DNA from: Magnetococcales bacterium
GTDB lineage: Bacteria > Pseudomonadota > Magnetococcia > Magnetococcales > UBA8363
Reading direction: 5' to 3'
Length of the DNA: 64,000 nucleotides
Assembly (NCBI GenBank): GCA_015228815.1
Contig: JADGCV010000007.1
Location: forward strand, 1,583-65,582
In this document: in pieces, positions 24,835 to 34,054 of the stretch
How the letters are laid out: every line of letters begins with the position of its first letter
How positions within the stretch are numbered: position 1 is the stretch's first letter
Made by a program: the position numbers and the translations under genes
Notes under the pieces: generated by a model
The model's input: only the letters and a program-made list of their open reading frames with translations
Databases searched by the model: none
Told to the model about the DNA's origin: nothing

Positions 24835-26217
24835 TTACCCCTTCACCGATTCGTTCTGGGTGATGAAGGTATGGTAGGGAAGATCGAGGATATGGCGAAA
24901 GGTGATGATGACCGCGACCATGAAGGTCAAGAGACAGGCGCCGAAATATCCAAATCCATAATAGGAAAATCCTTGATTCATGGAGATGGTTGTCAATACG
25001 GTATTGGAGATCAGGAACAGGAAGCTGACCTGCAACGCCTTGCGACGGCAGTCGAAGTAGGAAAGAAGAATGTTCAGAAATAGAATGGAAACGTGATAAA
25101 ATGCCCCCAACACTCCCAGGCGATACATTCCCATCTGTTTAAAGTTGATGTTGAACCATTCGAACATGTTTGGCGCGAGGAGGATGGCCAAAAGGCTGAC
25201 CCCACCCTGAAGAATCAAAAAATTGCGTCCGCTCACATGAACCGCCTGAATCAGCTCCCGATGATTTTTGCAAATAGTGGCGAAATCGACATGTTGTTGA
25301 ATATCGCGGTAGAATTTAAGATAGTGTTCGTAGAATCGGGTCTCCATGCTCAAAACGAAGGAGGCCATGGAGGGGACGATGGACAGATAGGCCAGAAACA
25401 TGGCGCTGTCATAATTGGGATAGGAATGGAATCCCCCCGCCACCGTTTCCCGCTCGGGGGAAAACCACATGATCCATTTATCGGCCCATGCGGCCAGATT
25501 AAACGTCAATCCGACCAGCGCCAGATCCCAATAACGCCTGAAATATCCCAGAAAACCGAAAAAATCCTTCGCCTCATAGGGATATTCGGCAAAAACCCGG
25601 GCAATGATGCCGAAGAAGATGATCGCCAGGCCGGCATTGAAACCGAAAAACATGCCCACCACCCCAAGATCCCTGGCCAGAAACGGGTTGGCCACTGCCC
25701 CCAGCATCATTCCCAGGAAAAAGACCCGGATGACCATCTTGTAATCTTTCAAGGCGGTCACAAAAATGGTCACCAGCCAAATGCCGTTGATCAGAAAATA
25801 GTTGATGAAGGCGCTGACGGCGGTCATGAACTCCAGTTCGACATGGAAAAAATAAAAATAAAACGCCAGGGGAAACTGAACCGCATAGATCAGCATCAAC
25901 CCTCCCAGAAGGGTACCGGGGGCCTTCCACACCTCCTTGAGGAAAATAAGATCCGAGACATAACGGGTGACTACCATGATGATGGGACCGGAAATCACCA
26001 GGGAAAAGGAAAAATTATAGATGACGGCGATACGAAAGGAAATCTGCTGTTCAAAAGTGGTAAAGTAGGAACCCAGGGAAAGTATTCCGGTCAAGGCGAG
26101 AATCGTGAACAACCAGGGACCGGTAGCCACCAGCGCCGAATAGCCGAATCCGCTCAGAAGGCCGATCAGGTTGTCCCTGGTCGTCAGATTGCGCAAGACA
26201 AAACCGATACCCGCCAT
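24835..26217 (-). CDS. pelG: Pel exopolysaccharide export protein PelG (polytopic PST/MATE-like membrane protein)
   Basis: MAGIGFVLRNLTTRDNLIGLLSGFGYSALVATGPWLFTI..., about 12 hydrophobic helices. It lies immediately downstream of pelF (4-nt gap). Confidence 0.8.
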   Translation of the reverse strand: MAGIGFVLRNLTTRDNLIGLLSGFGYSALVATGPWLFTILALTGILSLGSYFTTFEQQISFRIAVIYNFSFSLVISGPIIMVVTRYVSDLIFLKEVWKAPGTLLGGLMLIYAVQFPLAFYFYFFHVELEFMTAVSAFINYFLINGIWLVTIFVTALKDYKMVIRVFFLGMMLGAVANPFLARDLGVVGMFFGFNAGLAIIFFGIIARVFAEYPYEAKDFFGFLGYFRRYWDLALVGLTFNLAAWADKWIMWFSPERETVAGGFHSYPNYDSAMFLAYLSIVPSMASFVLSMETRFYEHYLKFYRDIQQHVDFATICKNHRELIQAVHVSGRNFLILQGGVSLLAILLAPNMFEWFNINFKQMGMYRLGVLGAFYHVSILFLNILLSYFDCRRKALQVSFLFLISNTVLTTISMNQGFSYYGFGYFGACLLTFMVAVIITFRHILDLPYHTFITQNESVKG

Positions 26218-26221
26218 GGTC

Positions 26222-27799
26222 CTACTCCCGCACCGGTTCGGAATCGGAGGGAAGGTGACACAACCGGGTGTAGAGTTCGCGGTAGGTCTGTGTCAACGTT
26301 CCCTGATCGTAATACTTTTTCACCCGCTGGCGGATGGCCTGGGAACACTGGCGCCACCAGGCGGGCTGGGTGAGGAGGCGCACCAGTTCGTGGGCGGTTT
26401 CCGAAGGACTCGATACCCGGGTCACCGCTCCGGCCGGTCCCAGGGGAGGATCCTCGTCGGGCATTCCAAGGATCATCTCCCGGCACGCCCCGACATCGGT
26501 GGCAACGGTTGGCACCCCGGCCGCTCCCGCCTCCAGAATCACCAGGGGTTGTCCCTCGCTGATGCTGGTCAGGACCAGGACATCGATTCGTCCCAGATAG
26601 TCCACCAGATTGACCCGTCCGGTAAATTCGATCATCTCCTGAAGATGAAAATGATGCACCAATCCCAGGCATTCCTCGTAATAGTCTTCATCCTCCTCGG
26701 TCGGTCCCATGATCATGGCGCGGGCGTTGGGCACCGACTGGCGCAAAATGGCGCATGCCTGGATGAACCCCTTGATGTCCTTGATGGGAACGACCCGACC
26801 GATCAGGGCGATCGTGGGTGGACGGGTCCCCTTGTCGGAAACCAGGTTTTCGAAACGGCGCCAGTCGATGCCGTTGGGAATCACCCGCATCCGGGAAGGA
26901 TCGGCGCCGTCGGCCTTCTGGAAATCCTGGTTGCCGCCGTAGATGGTGATGATTTCCTCGCAGGCCTGGTAACAGGCCAGGGAATAGGCCTGAAACGCAT
27001 GGATCCACAACTTGCGGCAATCGCTCTTGCCATGATCCAGTTGCAGGCCGGCGTTCGGATCCTCGTAAAGCCATTCGGCCATGGTGATTTCGATGCGGCG
27101 TTCGTTGGTGTAGATGCCATGTTCGCAGACGATGACCGGACGTCCGGTCTCCATGCGGGCCCGGGCAAGACACAGGCCGGCATAACCGGTCGATACCGCA
27201 TGATAGACCCGCGCCCGCGGAAGATCCCGCAGAAGGATCGTGAACAGATTTCCCGACAGATAACGCCACGTCCAGAAAAAATCGAGAAACGGCCCCCCCG
27301 GCAACAGCCGGTCGTACAACCGCAACAGCAAATCCCACCCCGGTCTTGAGTTGAGCAACCATCCCGGCGCCAACTCCCGGCGAAAGGGGGCCAGGGTGGC
27401 AACGATGCGCCGCAATGGTTCAATCCCGCCCTCCTCCTGAAAGCCTGCCAATCCAGGCTCCAGGTCGGCAAACAAGGAAGACACGGATTTTCCGCGTCCC
27501 AATCCACCACGGGGAGGGGCGAGGAAAAGATGCGTGATGCCCGAGACATTTTTCGGAAGGTCATACCGCGTTTGCAATTTTTGATTGGGAGCAAGAAGGG
27601 CCAAAAGATGAAAACTGAATTCGGGCAGACTTTTGATCAACTCGTGTACCCATCCGGAGACCCCGCCCGCCACATAGGGATAGGTCCCTTCGACGATCAG
27701 GCAGATGTCGGCGGATGGGGTGGTCGCCACCTTTTTCTTGCCGAGGCCCCCGAGTATTTTCCCGGTCCAGGGAAAAGATGTCCGTGGCAACCCGTTCAT
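26222..27799 (-). CDS. pelF: Pel glycosyltransferase PelF (GT4)
   Basis: ADICLIVEGTYPYVAGGVSGWVHELI is a PelF-type N-terminus. GT4 E-x7-E motif: SISEGQPLVILEAGAAGVPTVATDVG. The start overlaps the upstream gene's stop by 4 nt. Confidence 0.85.
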   Translation of the reverse strand: MNGLPRTSFPWTGKILGGLGKKKVATTPSADICLIVEGTYPYVAGGVSGWVHELIKSLPEFSFHLLALLAPNQKLQTRYDLPKNVSGITHLFLAPPRGGLGRGKSVSSLFADLEPGLAGFQEEGGIEPLRRIVATLAPFRRELAPGWLLNSRPGWDLLLRLYDRLLPGGPFLDFFWTWRYLSGNLFTILLRDLPRARVYHAVSTGYAGLCLARARMETGRPVIVCEHGIYTNERRIEITMAEWLYEDPNAGLQLDHGKSDCRKLWIHAFQAYSLACYQACEEIITIYGGNQDFQKADGADPSRMRVIPNGIDWRRFENLVSDKGTRPPTIALIGRVVPIKDIKGFIQACAILRQSVPNARAMIMGPTEEDEDYYEECLGLVHHFHLQEMIEFTGRVNLVDYLGRIDVLVLTSISEGQPLVILEAGAAGVPTVATDVGACREMILGMPDEDPPLGPAGAVTRVSSPSETAHELVRLLTQPAWWRQCSQAIRQRVKKYYDQGTLTQTYRELYTRLCHLPSDSEPVRE

Positions 27800-29418
27800 G
27801 GCGTCGCCAGATGGACATCGATCTGGTCACGGATCCGCGCAGCCCTTTGGTTCAGTGCCACGGGATCGACTTCGAAAAACAAGGTCTTCGCGGACGCTTC
27901 GAGCTTCAGTTGTCGGTTGGCGATGTCCCGGGCCAGGGCATCGAGGATGTCTTCCTTGCCACGAATGATCGGAACGATATGGTCACGCGACAGTTTCATG
28001 AGTCGGCATTTCCCGGTCAGCGCCAGGACGTTGGTGGCCCGCTTCGCCCCGGTCAGCAACGACATTTCCCCGAAATACTGTCCCTCGCCCAGACGGGCAA
28101 GTTCCACCGCCCCCTTCTCGGGATCATCGAGGACCACCACCACCATTCCGGACAGGATGACAAACATTGTATGATCGGTATCCCCTTGATGAACGATGTA
28201 TTCCCCTTCCGTGAATTCGATAATCCGCGCATTCCGGGCCAGGGCCGACCGCTCGGCGATGCTGATGAACTCGAAAATTTCAACCTTGTGCAAACCATCG
28301 CCCGTATATCGTCCCGACCACAGATCGACCGTTTCCCTGATTCTGTCCAGATGTTCCTCATTTCCGGAAAACAGAAGGTAATACCGTTCCGCCAGCCGGT
28401 TCAGTTCGTCGAAGCGGTTTAGTTTGTACAAGGTTTCCATCGCCCATGTGACCAACTGGTGGGAAACCTGACCCCGGTCCAGAACGGAGGCAAAAAAATC
28501 GGCGGCCTCGGGAAGGGCTCCGGAACGGACCAGCGTCCGCCCCAGGGCCGTGGCAATCCCCAGATCATCCGGGCGCAACGTCAGGCATTCACGATAACTG
28601 GCGATGGCCTTGCGGCGGTTTTCCCCCTCGCGAATCGCGTCCAGCAGTCCGGTAAAGGCAAAGTCGTCATAATGCCGCGCCACCTTCGACAGGACATTCC
28701 AGTCACGGGGATGTTTTTCGCGTTCGCGTTCCAGGTGCATGGCATCCTTCATGAACCTGTTTTCCACATGGGAAATGGCCGTGGCTGCCTGCACCCGAAC
28801 CGAATTGTCGGGATTGTTGACCGCCTCCCGCAGGACCGGGGCGAAGGCCGGTTTGAACTGGCGTGTCATTCGGGCGATCATGGTTTGTTTCTGCTCGCGG
28901 CTGCCGTAGGAAAGGATGTCCATGAACGGCGTCAAGGCGGCATTGGCCCCTTCCCCCTGGTGTTCAAGGCGGGACATGAGTTCCATCGCGGCATTGATGG
29001 AGTCGGCGGGAAAAAGGCTGGCATACCATTCCTCGAACGAGGTCGCCGTCTTGCGATATTCCAGAAACAATCCCAGCGCCAGCAATACCCCCAGTATGCC
29101 CACGAACCCCATCGTGCCGACAGCCACTGGAAGAAGATAGAAAAAACCATTGAGACAGGGAGTGTCGCTCTCGCGATCCCGCCGCCAAGCCCAAAGAACA
29201 AGCAACGAGACCAAAAGGGCATGCAATCCCATCAGATGTACCGGAATCTTCAAGGGATCCAGGCCAAACTCCCAGAACATTCCCCAAAGAAGGGCCATCT
29301 CCAGCAAAAACACCAGCAAGGACAAAAACAAAAAACCCATGGCGCAGGAAAGATCACGCTTCTGGCCGGGATCTTCCTCCAGAGACTCCGCATCCATGGA
29401 AAGGTCCGTCGCGGTCAT
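27796..29418 (-). CDS. pelE: PelE-like membrane/TPR protein fused to a C-terminal cyclic-nucleotide-binding (CAP_ED) domain
   Basis: It sits in the pelE position between pelD and pelF. N-terminal TM helices are followed by HEAT/TPR-like helices (NNPDNSVRVQAATAISH, AIASYRECLTLRPDD). The C-terminus has IIEFTEGEYIVHQGDTDHTMFVILSG...LGEGQYFGEMSLLTGAKRATNVLA (FGE...R[ST]A phosphate-binding cassette). Confidence 0.7.
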   Translation of the reverse strand: MTATDLSMDAESLEEDPGQKRDLSCAMGFLFLSLLVFLLEMALLWGMFWEFGLDPLKIPVHLMGLHALLVSLLVLWAWRRDRESDTPCLNGFFYLLPVAVGTMGFVGILGVLLALGLFLEYRKTATSFEEWYASLFPADSINAAMELMSRLEHQGEGANAALTPFMDILSYGSREQKQTMIARMTRQFKPAFAPVLREAVNNPDNSVRVQAATAISHVENRFMKDAMHLEREREKHPRDWNVLSKVARHYDDFAFTGLLDAIREGENRRKAIASYRECLTLRPDDLGIATALGRTLVRSGALPEAADFFASVLDRGQVSHQLVTWAMETLYKLNRFDELNRLAERYYLLFSGNEEHLDRIRETVDLWSGRYTGDGLHKVEIFEFISIAERSALARNARIIEFTEGEYIVHQGDTDHTMFVILSGMVVVVLDDPEKGAVELARLGEGQYFGEMSLLTGAKRATNVLALTGKCRLMKLSRDHIVPIIRGKEDILDALARDIANRQLKLEASAKTLFFEVDPVALNQRAARIRDQIDVHLATP

Positions 29419-30902
29419 GCCCCTCCATCCTGTCCCTGTTTTTTTGCCTTGTGCAAGGTCTGGGTCGCAATGGTGAACCGTGCCCGGGGTACCGTCGCAA
29501 GGACATGTTCCGCCAGGGCCTGATCGAATTTTTTCAGGACGAATTTCATGTTTTCCGCCGGGGTCGCCGGCAGAAGCAGGGCAAATTCGAACCCTGGCGT
29601 TTCGTAGTCGAAGGCCATGTCGGTATTGCGCATGACGACGCTCGTCGCCTTGCCGATCAGACCGGGAATCATCCGTTGCTCATCCTGTTTCAAATCATCC
29701 GGATTTTCCAGGCGGACAATCATCAGGCTGACCTCGAAGTCGAGTCTCCGCCCCAGATTTGTCATCAAAGCCACCTGACGGGGAAAAAATCCGTAGGAAA
29801 ACAGGCTGCTGTCCTGATTGATCACGCTGTCCGCCCGCGCCGCCCGCAAACGCAGCGCCAGACCATAGGAAGCCCCGGCCCATTCGCACAAGGCCTTGAA
29901 GTTTTCGATGGAAGTGACATTGAACTCCATGAACCCCAGATGTTCAATCTTGATCATCCCGCCGATGTCTCCGGTTTCCCGATGCAACAGGGGACCCGCC
30001 AGCACCCCCTGGTCATCGAGGATCTCCCGCTCCTTGGAGTTGTTGACCATGAGAAAACGTTTCTCCGCCACGATCGCCTGAAACAACGGATCCCGTGAAG
30101 AAAAGGATTCCTTGAAAGGATCATCCTCCTTCCATCCCGATTTGACCATGGCCACCAGATTCCGGTCTTCAAGGGTGTAGATGGAAAACTTCTCGGGACT
30201 GATCACGGAACGGATCATGTCGCGGGCGCCGGAAAGGACCATCGCCGGATCTTCGTTTTCCAACTCCTTGGCTGCCTTGAAGGAGGAGATGACGGTCTTG
30301 AGTTGTCCGGCGACCTGAATTTCCAGGCGTTCCTTGGCCTTGCTGACCTGTTGGTAGGCCTTGGTGATTGCCTGGCCCCGTTTTTCGGCGGCGGCCATCG
30401 CCTTCCACAAGGTGCTGCGCTCACTGCGGTGCCGATCCTGCAACAACCCCAGAAGCACCGCGCCAACCGCCCAGGACAGGGGTTGAATCGACAGTTCATA
30501 CAATTGTTCAAAAGCATCCTGGCCATACCGTGCCTCGGGCAGACCGCCGGAGAGCACGAGGATGCTGGAGAAAAATACCGCGAGCAGCCCATGACTGGTG
30601 CCATACTGCACACTCATGAGCACCACCGCGATCCAGAACGGATGGGGACAGACCTCCGAAAAACGATCTCCCCCACCCATCGTCAGATCGAACGCCATGA
30701 ACCCGCCGAAAAACAAGAGCAACTCCGCCCAGGCCGAGGCACGGATTCCAAGCAAAAACAAGGTCTTGCGTCCGGCAAGGTGGGGAAGTACCGGTTCGTC
30801 GTCTCCGCCCTTTTTCCCGGGGGGATCGGCAATGGCGGGATTTTTCCTGGATTGTCCCTGTTTGTGCTTCAATAGGTTTTTCAACGATCGTTCGCTCGTC
30901 AT
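29415..30902 (-). CDS. pelD: PelD-like inner-membrane c-di-GMP receptor (TM region, GAF-like domain, degenerate GGDEF-like domain)
   Basis: Four predicted TM helices, a coiled linker and a GAF-like block (FSIYTLEDRNLVAMV...GMIKIEHL). The C-terminal domain lacks GG[DE]EF but has RRLD (RxxD-like). Position and 4-nt overlaps fit the pel operon. Confidence 0.7.
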   Translation of the reverse strand: MTSERSLKNLLKHKQGQSRKNPAIADPPGKKGGDDEPVLPHLAGRKTLFLLGIRASAWAELLLFFGGFMAFDLTMGGGDRFSEVCPHPFWIAVVLMSVQYGTSHGLLAVFFSSILVLSGGLPEARYGQDAFEQLYELSIQPLSWAVGAVLLGLLQDRHRSERSTLWKAMAAAEKRGQAITKAYQQVSKAKERLEIQVAGQLKTVISSFKAAKELENEDPAMVLSGARDMIRSVISPEKFSIYTLEDRNLVAMVKSGWKEDDPFKESFSSRDPLFQAIVAEKRFLMVNNSKEREILDDQGVLAGPLLHRETGDIGGMIKIEHLGFMEFNVTSIENFKALCEWAGASYGLALRLRAARADSVINQDSSLFSYGFFPRQVALMTNLGRRLDFEVSLMIVRLENPDDLKQDEQRMIPGLIGKATSVVMRNTDMAFDYETPGFEFALLLPATPAENMKFVLKKFDQALAEHVLATVPRARFTIATQTLHKAKKQGQDGGA

Positions 30903-31868
30903 TTATTTGGGCGGCAGTTGCATTTCCAGAAGGTCATCCTCGACCCGTTTGCCATCGACCTTGTTTCCCGCATCCTTCTGCCGTGCCGCCATTTTTTCCG
31001 CCTCCTCCCGCGCCTTGGCCTCCCGTTCCCGGGCTTTGTTGACCTCATCCGCCTTTTTCATCGCCAGGGCGCGTTTCTTGAACAGGGTGGCGCACTGTCG
31101 CGATTGCTGGTTCATCCACAGTTCCTCCGGATCGGGAGGTCCCTCGGGAAAGACAAATTCTTGACGTACCCGATCGGCATACGTTTTGACTTCCCCACCC
31201 GGTCGTGCAACCGCCACCGAACCGGGTTCGGTCGGCAAATCGCTCTGGGTGATACCGAACATCGCCAGCCGGTCCAGATCGGTCCAGAGTTCCGATGCCT
31301 GGGACACGGTATCGTGAACAGCCTTCTGCGCGGTATAATAGATGCTCTCCCGACTCAGGAATCCCGAGCCCATCAAGGATTGGCTCGCCCGCCACAGCAC
31401 CACCCCATCCTCGATGCGCACCAGTTGCATGTTGAACCCGACCGCCGGTTCCTCGCGCAACCCGTGTTGGTAGGAAAACTCGGAAACGCTCCCTCCAAGG
31501 ACGGCATCCACGAACAATCCCCGCCCCACGTCACGGGCGATGGTGATGTCCGCCAGACGGTCCATATCCACCTTCAGGCCGATCAGTTGCCGCCGCATTT
31601 CGCTCTCTTCAAGGACGCAAAATCCCTGGTTCGCCATCAATTCCGTCGCAAACAACTGTGACACCGACAATCCGGCGGTCGGGCTGTTGCTCAAATTTTC
31701 GAACGGCAGCACCGCCACGATCAGCGGATCACCCTCCCTGAGGTCCTGATGGACGTAGGTCCGGTTGACCCCCATGGCACAGCCGAAAAGAACCAATCCA
31801 GCCAACGCAGCCCCTGTTTTCATCCAGAATTGGGACGATCCAGAAAACAAACGCAAATGTTTATTCAT
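30903..31868 (-). CDS. pelC: PelC-like outer-membrane lipoprotein with a long Lys/Glu/Ala-rich C-terminal extension
   Basis: Lipobox LVLFGCA. The PelC/LpoB-like core includes LIVAVLPFENLSNSPTAGLSVSQLFATEL...VDAVLGGSV. Start chosen at MNKHLRLF (31868), 14 nt after the upstream stop. The track ORF start at 31931 would overlap the upstream gene by 49 nt. Confidence 0.6.
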   Translation of the reverse strand: MNKHLRLFSGSSQFWMKTGAALAGLVLFGCAMGVNRTYVHQDLREGDPLIVAVLPFENLSNSPTAGLSVSQLFATELMANQGFCVLEESEMRRQLIGLKVDMDRLADITIARDVGRGLFVDAVLGGSVSEFSYQHGLREEPAVGFNMQLVRIEDGVVLWRASQSLMGSGFLSRESIYYTAQKAVHDTVSQASELWTDLDRLAMFGITQSDLPTEPGSVAVARPGGEVKTYADRVRQEFVFPEGPPDPEELWMNQQSRQCATLFKKRALAMKKADEVNKAREREAKAREEAEKMAARQKDAGNKVDGKRVEDDLLEMQLPPK

Positions 31869-31882
31869 AGAGATGTCGGAAC

Positions 31883-33526
31883 TCAGAACAGAAATTTGAG
31901 TGAATAGTCCAGTTGATCGGTCGTAACCCAATCCCCCAGTTGTCTTGAATAGGCTCTTTGCAAACTCAGTGCCGTTTTCAGGTCGGCCAGAGGCTCATAG
32001 ATCATCGAAAACGCCATGGAGGGGCCATATTGATCGGTTTCTCGGTCATAAGAATATCCCGCGATCGAACTGTAGGTCAGGTAATCGCTCCACATGTCGA
32101 ACCATGCGGCGCTGAGAAGATGATTTTCCTTTTCAGTGATGGGAAACAAGGCATATTCGGCGCCCAGGGCATTGATGCGATATTCCTGATGCTGCACCAT
32201 TTCCTTGTCGAGACTATAGGATAATTCAAGATTGTTGCGGCTGAGAAAAGCATGACGCACACTGCCCAGAATGTGTATGCTTTCCGCCGCCCGATCTTCC
32301 CGACTCAGGCCATAGCGGTTGAGCGCCCCGGTCAACGAGGTGCGCAGCCGGTTTCCATGCCAGGTATCCTCCCGTTCCACTTCGATGCGGTCACGCCAAC
32401 CATTGTCCACCAGGCCATTGGTGGTCCCCCCGAAGGGGCGGTGCCAGTCGCCCTTCACGGTCGTCAAGGCGGTCGGGTGATAAAATTCATGGGCCAGGGT
32501 CAATCCTGCCTGATCCTCTCCCGCCAGCACTCCGATACGGGTCACATCGGCGTTGGGCCAATTCAGGGACAGTTCCGCCTCTCCCGCCAACCATTCGACT
32601 ACCTGATCGGCGGTCAAGCCGTCGGCATCGGTGACATTGTCGATTTCCAGATCGACCCGTCGCATCTTGATGTCCAGTTCCATGGCGTTGCTGGCGACCA
32701 GAAGGAGTTCAAGATCCATACTGTCCTGGCGTTCGTCGTCCTTGCTGGAACGTTTGTGGGCGGCACTTGTCAGAAGATAGGGCCCATGATTGTGATGCAA
32801 CAACGCTTTGGCAAAGATAATGTTTGGTTCGCCGATGGCCTGGGACAATCCCCGGTCATACAGGGCCACGGCCTGACGCCACCGTCCGAGCTGGTCTTCC
32901 AGGGTTCCCAACTCTCCGAGAAATTCGACATTTTTCGGTTCCTCCGCGACCAGATCGCGCAGGCGCATGCGGGCGCCATACATCGTCCGGTTGGCAACCA
33001 TGGTCTTGGCCTTGAGAAACCGCAGGCGGGCATCCTCGATCCGCCGCTGTTCGAGAAGTTCCGGAGTCGGCGGCGGCAGAGTCATGACAATGACGACCTC
33101 GGCGCCATTCGCGGTCACATGAAATCCCGTTCCTGCCTGACTGGCCCGCAACAACAGCGCGTCATAACCGTAACGGACGTCCCCCAGCCAGGCAAACAGA
33201 CCCTGGATGGCCTCATCCAATCCCTGGGGGAGAAAGGGGCGTTCGAACACCATCACCAGTTCCCGCCCTTTGAGACGTTTGGTAAAATTGACCGTTTCCG
33301 TCCAGGAAAGAATGAGACGCGCCTCCTGGTCGTTGTGTTCGGAGCGGACGTGAACGGTCGCAACGGGTGGTTGTTGCGGTGGCGCGGTCTCGGGATCGGG
33401 AAGAACGGGTTCCATCATCGGAAGGACCATCCCTTCCGCCAATGCCGAATCAACGGTCGTGGCGCCGATCGTCCATGGAATGAACCAAAACAAACTTATG
33501 AAAACCATCAGATTGCGCATATCCAA
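31883..33526 (-). CDS. Outer-membrane beta-barrel protein with a few TPR-like helices, in the pelB position (compact PelB-like porin)
   Basis: Signal peptide MDMRNLMVFISLFWFIPWTIGA. TPR-like AKTMVANRTMYGARMRLRDLVAEEPKNVEFLGELGTLEDQLGRWRQAVALYDRGL. The C-terminal half has alternating beta-strand patterns and ends ...DYSLKFLF (terminal Phe). Confidence 0.55.
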   Translation of the reverse strand: MDMRNLMVFISLFWFIPWTIGATTVDSALAEGMVLPMMEPVLPDPETAPPQQPPVATVHVRSEHNDQEARLILSWTETVNFTKRLKGRELVMVFERPFLPQGLDEAIQGLFAWLGDVRYGYDALLLRASQAGTGFHVTANGAEVVIVMTLPPPTPELLEQRRIEDARLRFLKAKTMVANRTMYGARMRLRDLVAEEPKNVEFLGELGTLEDQLGRWRQAVALYDRGLSQAIGEPNIIFAKALLHHNHGPYLLTSAAHKRSSKDDERQDSMDLELLLVASNAMELDIKMRRVDLEIDNVTDADGLTADQVVEWLAGEAELSLNWPNADVTRIGVLAGEDQAGLTLAHEFYHPTALTTVKGDWHRPFGGTTNGLVDNGWRDRIEVEREDTWHGNRLRTSLTGALNRYGLSREDRAAESIHILGSVRHAFLSRNNLELSYSLDKEMVQHQEYRINALGAEYALFPITEKENHLLSAAWFDMWSDYLTYSSIAGYSYDRETDQYGPSMAFSMIYEPLADLKTALSLQRAYSRQLGDWVTTDQLDYSLKFLF

Positions 33527-33654
33527 CCTTCACGCGGTGGCTCCCCCCGGATGTCGCCAACGCAATAATCGAGCCATGACATCTTGTCCTTCTTTTTTTT
33601 CCGGACGCCGCTGCGCTGCGCCACCTGGCCGGTCCGCATGAGAATGGGTACGCG

Positions 33655-33921
33655 ATGATCGACTATGATCAATTGACAAAATCCCTCAAACACCTGGAAC
33701 TACAGTTCGCCAACCATGCCGCGGCGCGGAATCGTCCCGAACTTTCCACTTTGGATCGGGAAGCCCTCGCCGAATCGGTCATCCAGAGGTTCGAGACCTG
33801 TTACGATACCTTGTGGAAAGACCTTAAGCGTTATTTGGTTGAAGTTCTGGGGTTGCCAAAAGTGCCCAACAGCCCGAAACCCATCATTCGCCTGGCGAGT
33901 CGGGAACAACCCGTCCCATGA
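33655..33921 (+). pseudogene. Truncated HI0074-family nucleotidyltransferase substrate-binding (HEPN-like) protein remnant
   Basis: MIDYDQLTKSLKHLELQF...ALAESVIQRFETCYDTLWKDLKRYL matches the N-terminal two helices of the family. The ORF stops at 88 aa, where full-length members continue for another ~40-50 aa (from memory). No cognate nucleotidyltransferase gene is adjacent. Confidence 0.4.
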
Positions 33922-34054
33922 AAGCAATCGCCCCGGGCCGATCCAGATCATCCATTGAAAAAACGATCAATCAGGTTATTCTGGCATTTTGTGGCATTCA
34001 TCCCCCGCCATTCAACCGGGCCGACACGCCCTTCACGGCAAAGGTTAAAATCCC

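Noticed and set aside
25093-27349. 426-aa and 392-aa plus-strand ORFs
   Set aside because: They are antisense to pelG and pelF, both of which have clear family signatures.
28459-29523. 354-aa plus-strand ORF
   Set aside because: It is antisense to the pelE-like gene.
32252-33568. 438-aa plus-strand ORF
   Set aside because: It is antisense to the PelB-like porin gene, which has a signal peptide and a terminal-Phe beta-barrel signature.
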